Assembly: GCA_965250115.1 (NCBI GenBank)
Contig: CBDFNJ010000002.1
Coordinates: forward strand, 3,662,966-3,726,965
Length of the DNA stretch: 64,000 bases
Direction of reading: 5' to 3'
Source of the DNA: Candidatus Marinacidobacterales bacterium
GTDB taxonomy: Bacteria > Acidobacteriota > Vicinamibacteria > Marinacidobacterales > SMYC01
The position numbers and the translations under genes are program-made. Below are positions 59,488-64,000 of the stretch, piece by piece. Within the stretch, counting starts at the first letter, position 1; each line of letters begins with the position of its first letter. The notes under the pieces are model-generated. The model had not been told where the DNA came from. It was given only the letters and a program-made list of their open reading frames with translations, and did not search any database.

Positions 59488-59847
59488 ATGATTTGGCTGC
59501 GTATCGGTTCTGTAGCCATGTTTCTCGCCGTCGCGCTCGGCGCTTTCGGCGCGCATGCGCTCCGGTCGAGGCTCTCCGCGGACATGCTGGCCGTCTTCGA
59601 AACCGCAGTTCGCTACCACGTTTACCACGCGCTCGGGCTCTTCGCCGTCGCCTGGCTCTCGGACAAGCACCCCTCGTCCCTCGTCACGGCCGCCGGATGG
59701 TCGTTGAGCCTCGGTATTCTCGTGTTCTCCGGATCGCTCTACGTCCTTGCCATGACCGGTGTGCGCTGGCTCGGTGCCATCACTCCCATCGGCGGGACGG
59801 CGTTTCTCGCCGGCTGGGTATTGTTGCTCCTCGCCAGTCTTCGATGA
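59488..59847 (+). CDS. DUF423 family small membrane protein
   Basis: 119 aa, 4 TM helices. AVRYHVYHALGLFAVAW is typical of DUF423. Confidence 0.75.
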   Translation: MIWLRIGSVAMFLAVALGAFGAHALRSRLSADMLAVFETAVRYHVYHALGLFAVAWLSDKHPSSLVTAAGWSLSLGILVFSGSLYVLAMTGVRWLGAITPIGGTAFLAGWVLLLLASLR

Positions 59848-61532
59848 GCCTCGGTCCCGCAACACCTCGCCAGCTCGTCGTCGCGATCGTCCTCGTGGCC
59901 GCGCTCGCATCTTGCGAACCCTCGCGGAGCGAGCCCTTCACGGCTTGGTTCGCCATCGATGGTGCGGCGTTCGAGATCATCGACGAGCTGCGATCTCGAG
60001 GGAAGCTCCCCGCCTTCGACGCGCTCATCCGCTCAGGCACTTCCGGTCCGATGAGGTCGCTCGCGGAGCGACGTCTGATGAGGACGAAGCGTCAACGAGG
60101 CTACTGGTCCCCGATTCTCTGGGCATCGATGGCTACGGGCGTCGTTCCCGAAAAACACGGCATTCGCGACTTTCTGCTTCCCGTTGCGGGAACGTCCCAG
60201 GTCTGGATGGGCTCAGAGGAGGATCCGCCGCAGGCGGAGCTGCGCTTTCCCGAGGTCGCGACGACCGCTCCGGTGCTGCTCCGCGTCCGCCTTCGCTCGC
60301 ATACGCCCAACGGAGAACAATCGATCGGAGTCCGTCTCAACGGCGAAGCTCTCGTCGAGTGGACAGTGGGAGTCGAGTGGAAGGATTATACGATCCCCTT
60401 GGAGCCGGAGCGCCTGCGCCCAGCCAGAAACCACCTGGTCTTCGATCTCTCCCGCCAGAGCCGGCCGGCCGACAACCCGGCCTCCTCCGATCGAAGATTG
60501 CTTTCCGCGGAGCTCGCTAGATTCGCGCTCCTCGACCGCCACGGCGACACGCTCTACGTCTTCGACCCCGTCTACGAGAGGTTCTCCCTGGGGCGGGGGT
60601 TCCACCAGCCCGAAGCCAGGGTGGTCGAGGCCCAGAGCGCACACTTGAGAGTCGCTCCTGTTTGGAGCCTTCTCGGCGATCGCGAGCACCCGGTCTCGAT
60701 CGTCGGCTATTGGACGACGTGGCCCGCATATCCCGTGAACGGCTACCTCGTCTCCTCGCGAATGGGACTACGGGGACGGAGGCAGAACACCCAGCGCGAT
60801 CTCACCTGGCCTGCGGAGCTCGTGCAAGAAATCGAGCCACTTTATCCAGGCGGGGACGCGATGAGCGCCATCTTCGCAAAGGTGCACCTCTCGGATTGCG
60901 AGCCGCCCCTCATCGACGACGAGGGCAGCGTGGTCTCGGATGTTTTGCGACAGGACGAGCTCTACTTCAGGGCGGCGAAGAAGCTACTCCCGGACATGGA
61001 TCGCGGACTCTTCGCTGTTTACTTCGAGTCCATCGACGTAGCGAGCCATGCCTATCTTCACTGGCGTCACGGTGGCGCGCTCCGAGAAGGCTGCCCGGAA
61101 AGCGCCCGCGCTCTCATCGACGAAGTTTACGTTCAGATCGATCGCTGGCTCGGCGAGCTCGTCGCACTCCTGCCGGAAGGGGCGAAGATCGTCGTCGTGT
61201 CGGATCATGGGCTCGTCCCCTCGAACACGGGCGGACTGCACTCACCGGAAGGAATCTTCATTGCCTCCGGGGAAGGGGTTCGGGTGGGAGCGCGGATGCG
61301 AGGCGCAGGGGTTCTCGACGTGGCACCCACGCTCCTCCACCTTTTCCACGAGCCGATCCCTTTTGAGATGGACGGAAAGCTCCTCGTCCAGGCCTTCACC
61401 CGAGAGTGGCTCGAGAGCCATCCTCCCCGCTACATAGATGAGGATATGGACTTCCGTTTCTCCCGAGACGCTTCCGCCGAAGGTGACGAAGAGGCGCTCG
61501 AGAGACTCAGGTCAATCGGATATATCAACTGA
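59844..61532 (+). CDS. alkaline-phosphatase-superfamily lipoprotein (type I phosphodiesterase/nucleotide pyrophosphatase-like)
   Basis: ATG overlaps the DUF423 stop (ATGA). Lipobox LVVAIVLVAALASCEP. AlkP-core-like segments (...IVGYWTTWPAYPVNG..., ...VVSDHGLVPSNTGGLHS...). The track ORF starts at 59493 in this frame, but that stretch overlaps the DUF423 gene. Confidence 0.7.
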   Translation: MSLGPATPRQLVVAIVLVAALASCEPSRSEPFTAWFAIDGAAFEIIDELRSRGKLPAFDALIRSGTSGPMRSLAERRLMRTKRQRGYWSPILWASMATGVVPEKHGIRDFLLPVAGTSQVWMGSEEDPPQAELRFPEVATTAPVLLRVRLRSHTPNGEQSIGVRLNGEALVEWTVGVEWKDYTIPLEPERLRPARNHLVFDLSRQSRPADNPASSDRRLLSAELARFALLDRHGDTLYVFDPVYERFSLGRGFHQPEARVVEAQSAHLRVAPVWSLLGDREHPVSIVGYWTTWPAYPVNGYLVSSRMGLRGRRQNTQRDLTWPAELVQEIEPLYPGGDAMSAIFAKVHLSDCEPPLIDDEGSVVSDVLRQDELYFRAAKKLLPDMDRGLFAVYFESIDVASHAYLHWRHGGALREGCPESARALIDEVYVQIDRWLGELVALLPEGAKIVVVSDHGLVPSNTGGLHSPEGIFIASGEGVRVGARMRGAGVLDVAPTLLHLFHEPIPFEMDGKLLVQAFTREWLESHPPRYIDEDMDFRFSRDASAEGDEEALERLRSIGYIN

Positions 61533-61741
61533 CTCTTCGAGCTTCCTCCTCGTGGCAGCATCCGACAGCTCGCCGTCTCGGATCTCGTTCTAACGATTGA
61601 GCCTTACCACGAGCGCCATTCTACTGCGGCGTCTCACAGGACCGAGCTTCGCCGGCGGCGCCCGACAGAGCCTCGGCCGCGAGTAGCGCCCTTCGGCAAA
61701 GTTCCCTTATCATAGAAGTTACGTTTCAAAATGAGAATCAA

Positions 61742-64000
61742 ATGGTGACGGCGACGAGAAAACGTGGCGGCGATACCGGTGCGAGAGCGGACCTTCTCGG
61801 CTCGCTAGCCCATACGCCGCTGGCAGAAGTGCTCCGAAAGATCGTCCTCGAGGAGCTGAGCGGCGACCTCCAGGTCACCGTACAAAGCGCAATCAAGACG
61901 GTCTACTTCGACCGGGGCTTCGTCGTCTTTGCGTCCAGCGACCTGAAGAGCGACCGACTGGGTGAAAGCATGATCGAAGCCGGCCGGATCTCCCGAGGCG
62001 AGTTCGCTCTTGCCAGCAAGCTGATGAAGAACACCAAGCGCAAGCTCGGTCAGGTGCTCGTCGAGGCTGGCATCGTCGGAGACGAGGAGATCGGCCGCCA
62101 CGTCGCGGCGCAAGTCAACCGCATCGTCCTTTCACTCTTCTCGGAGAAGAGGGGCATGTACAGCTTCGACGAACGCCCAACCGGGATACCCGTCGAGCTC
62201 ATGGTGAGTCTGTCGAGCTACCGGATCTTGATCGAAGGTGTCCGGCGGATGTCTAGGAAGAGCCTGGTGGTCGCGGGGCTGCCTCCGCTCGACACCAGGG
62301 TCGAGATCGCCGATCACGCTCCCTTCTCTCTCGACTTCGAGAAGTTACGCGACGTGGAGAAACAGGTGCTACGGGCGGTCGGCGAGGGCGCGACGATCCG
62401 GCAGTTGGTCGATGGGGTCGGTGGCAACGAAGGCGTGACGCTTCGCGCCTGCTACGGTCTTCTTTGCGGCGGCGTCCTCAAAGCGGAAACACCGGATGCC
62501 CTCGGCCAGCTCCTTCGCGTCCAAGAAGAAACCGGGACCTTCGTCCTCTCCGAGATTCGGCAGAAGGTCGCGAGAAAAAACGAAGAGGTGGCGGAAGCCC
62601 GGCCGCCGGCCTCCGAACCGTCCTCTCCAGAGCCGCGGCCACCCGCACCCGCGGCTCAACGAACTGCGCAACCGATCGAGCCTCTGGCAGCTCCGGTGGC
62701 GCCATCGCTGCCGGCGGCGCCGGCTCCCGAGCGTGTTGCAACACCCGAACCGGCGCTGACCGCGGAACCCTCGACGCCAACGCGCGGATTCCTCGAATGG
62801 CTGACGAACCTCCTCGAAGCCTTCCTGCGCTTTTGTGGAAGACCTTTCGGAGCTGTTGAGCCCTCTCAGGGACTCACCTCGGTAGAGACGGAGCCAATAC
62901 CCCAGCCGCACAAGCAGGAGGCGAGATCGAAGCCGCCTCCGGTCACCCAGCCCCCTTCAACGGCGCCACCGCCGGAGCCCGACGAGCCGCCGACGGTGGA
63001 GGGCACCGGAGTACCGTCATGGTCTCTGAAAGACGCCTCCTCGGAGGATCCGCCGGTCGAGATCGGCGTCGGCATACCCTCCTGGTCGATGAAAGACGAC
63101 CCGTCGAGCGAGGACGCCGAAGTATCGATTGAAACCCTGGGAACGCCGTCGTGGTCGATGAAGGACGATCCGAGCGATTCGAAGCCGAAGCCGAAATCCA
63201 AGCCCAAGCCTAAGCGACGAGCCAAAGCCGTGCCGGCGACGTCGAGGGCTCGCGTCGAACGCCCCATCGCCCCAAAACCGCCGCTCGAGCAAACAGCTGT
63301 CCTACCTGCGGTCGCATTCGAGTCCGAGCAGAAGCCTGAGCCAAAAGCTGAGAATGCCTCGATGGTCCTCGACAAAACGATCGTGGATTTGGACAACGAG
63401 CTCTTTATCGAAGACGGCTCGGATACCGACGCGCCCTCGATGCTGAGCCAGATCCCCGTCGAGAGCGTTGAGATCGACGAGGCAAGCTTCGAGATCGAGT
63501 TCGAGGTCGAGTTCGACGAGGAGTCGCTGGTCGAGCTCGCGGAATCGGAACCCACGGACGCGCCCGTAGCATCTGCCCGCGCCGGAGAGACTGGCCGAGC
63601 GATCGAGAGTCCCGAAGAGAATGTCGAGGCCCCGCAGCCAAGGTCGATCGCAACCACCGACGAGGAAAGCCCATCTGCGACCCATTCCACTCCGCCCGAG
63701 CAAGAGATCGAAGCGGGCGAGGAAGAGGAATCCCAAGCCGCCTCCCGGGCGCGGGAAATGCGCCGGATCAAGCAAGGCGGCGGAGAGAGCCGCCTGCTGC
63801 GCGACGTCAAGCTTCACTTCCGCATGCGCGACTGGGAGGGAGCGGTACCGCTCCTCCAGCAGCTCGTCGAGATCTCGCCCGGCAAGGCGCTGTACCGGGG
63901 CATGCTCGCCCGCGCCATGTCGCGACATCCCGCGATGCGCAAGGAGGCGGAAGAGCACTTCGTCGAAGCCCTCAGGCTCTCGCCCCAGGATCCCGAGCTC
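61742..64000 (+). CDS. large multidomain protein, partial: two DUF4388 (PATAN-like) domains - acidic/Pro-rich disordered region with PSWSMKDD repeats - TPR-like C-terminal region (continues past window end)
   Basis: Absent from the ORF track. My frame translation from ATG 61742 is open to the window end. DUF4388-like LAHTPLAEVLRKIVLEELSGDLQVTVQSAIKTVYFDRGFVVFASSDLKSDRLGESMIEAGRIS...ALASKLMKNTKRKLGQVLVEAGIV, plus a second DUF4388-like stretch. Three copies of [VIT]PSWS[LM]KD[AD] are separated by acidic spacers. The KPKPKSKPKPK and TPR-like ends are RLLRDVKLHFRMRDWEGAVPLLQQLVEISPGKALYRGMLARAM. Confidence 0.7.
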   Translation, partial: MVTATRKRGGDTGARADLLGSLAHTPLAEVLRKIVLEELSGDLQVTVQSAIKTVYFDRGFVVFASSDLKSDRLGESMIEAGRISRGEFALASKLMKNTKRKLGQVLVEAGIVGDEEIGRHVAAQVNRIVLSLFSEKRGMYSFDERPTGIPVELMVSLSSYRILIEGVRRMSRKSLVVAGLPPLDTRVEIADHAPFSLDFEKLRDVEKQVLRAVGEGATIRQLVDGVGGNEGVTLRACYGLLCGGVLKAETPDALGQLLRVQEETGTFVLSEIRQKVARKNEEVAEARPPASEPSSPEPRPPAPAAQRTAQPIEPLAAPVAPSLPAAPAPERVATPEPALTAEPSTPTRGFLEWLTNLLEAFLRFCGRPFGAVEPSQGLTSVETEPIPQPHKQEARSKPPPVTQPPSTAPPPEPDEPPTVEGTGVPSWSLKDASSEDPPVEIGVGIPSWSMKDDPSSEDAEVSIETLGTPSWSMKDDPSDSKPKPKSKPKPKRRAKAVPATSRARVERPIAPKPPLEQTAVLPAVAFESEQKPEPKAENASMVLDKTIVDLDNELFIEDGSDTDAPSMLSQIPVESVEIDEASFEIEFEVEFDEESLVELAESEPTDAPVASARAGETGRAIESPEENVEAPQPRSIATTDEESPSATHSTPPEQEIEAGEEEESQAASRAREMRRIKQGGGESRLLRDVKLHFRMRDWEGAVPLLQQLVEISPGKALYRGMLARAMSRHPAMRKEAEEHFVEALRLSPQDPEL

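Noticed and set aside
59493-59843. N-terminal 117 codons of track ORF 59493..61532
   Set aside because: This stretch overlaps the DUF423 gene in another frame and is Arg-rich. The phosphatase-like protein has a convincing lipoprotein signal starting at ATG 59844, coupled to the DUF423 stop.
62369-63958. Minus-strand ORFs (62369..62911, 62866..63810, 63302..63958)
   Set aside because: They are antisense to the long open frame beginning at 61742, which has recognisable DUF4388 and TPR-like segments. Their own sequences are Ser/Arg low-complexity.

Overview
High-GC (about 65%) bacterial chromosomal segment with about 55 protein-coding loci. I found no rRNA, tRNA or CRISPR array. The CarboxypepD_reg-type TonB-dependent receptors weakly suggest an Acidobacteria-like organism. 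The backbone carries a complete minus-strand suf operon (Rrf2 regulator, sufBCDS, sufU, DUF59) behind two operator-like repeats. It also carries a LolCDE/MacB-like ABC cluster with a LolA-like protein and a beta-barrel protein, metF, an S9 peptidase, and an ECF sigma / NrsF-like anti-sigma / MsrP module. Signalling genes are unusually dense. One is a transmembrane HAMP / class III cyclase / Hanks kinase fusion that overlaps a secreted cupredoxin-like gene. Another is a Hanks kinase fused through a TM helix to a periplasmic TonB C-terminal domain. That kinase sits divergent from a TonB-dependent receptor and directly upstream of a GAF-type sigma54 activator. I read this as a possible kinase-based cell-surface signalling route. 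There are also a receiver-DUF4388 regulator and a large partial DUF4388 protein with repeated PSWSMKDD motifs. An IS nest at 33.9-39.9 kb holds an intact ISL3 with an 8-bp target duplication inside an ankyrin-repeat gene, an ISL3 remnant split by an IS3 element, an IS200 tnpA fragment and a second IS3. A further ISL3 copy lies at 54.6 kb. All three ISL3 copies share an A7 slippery site that requires a -1 frameshift. Many genes are disrupted by in-frame TAG codons, frameshifts or truncation. This suggests pseudogene decay, though assembly error cannot be excluded. A 1.5-kb AT-richer insertion carrying an M20 peptidase lies between about 150-bp imperfect direct repeats that duplicate the 3' end and hairpin of the adjacent TPR gene.
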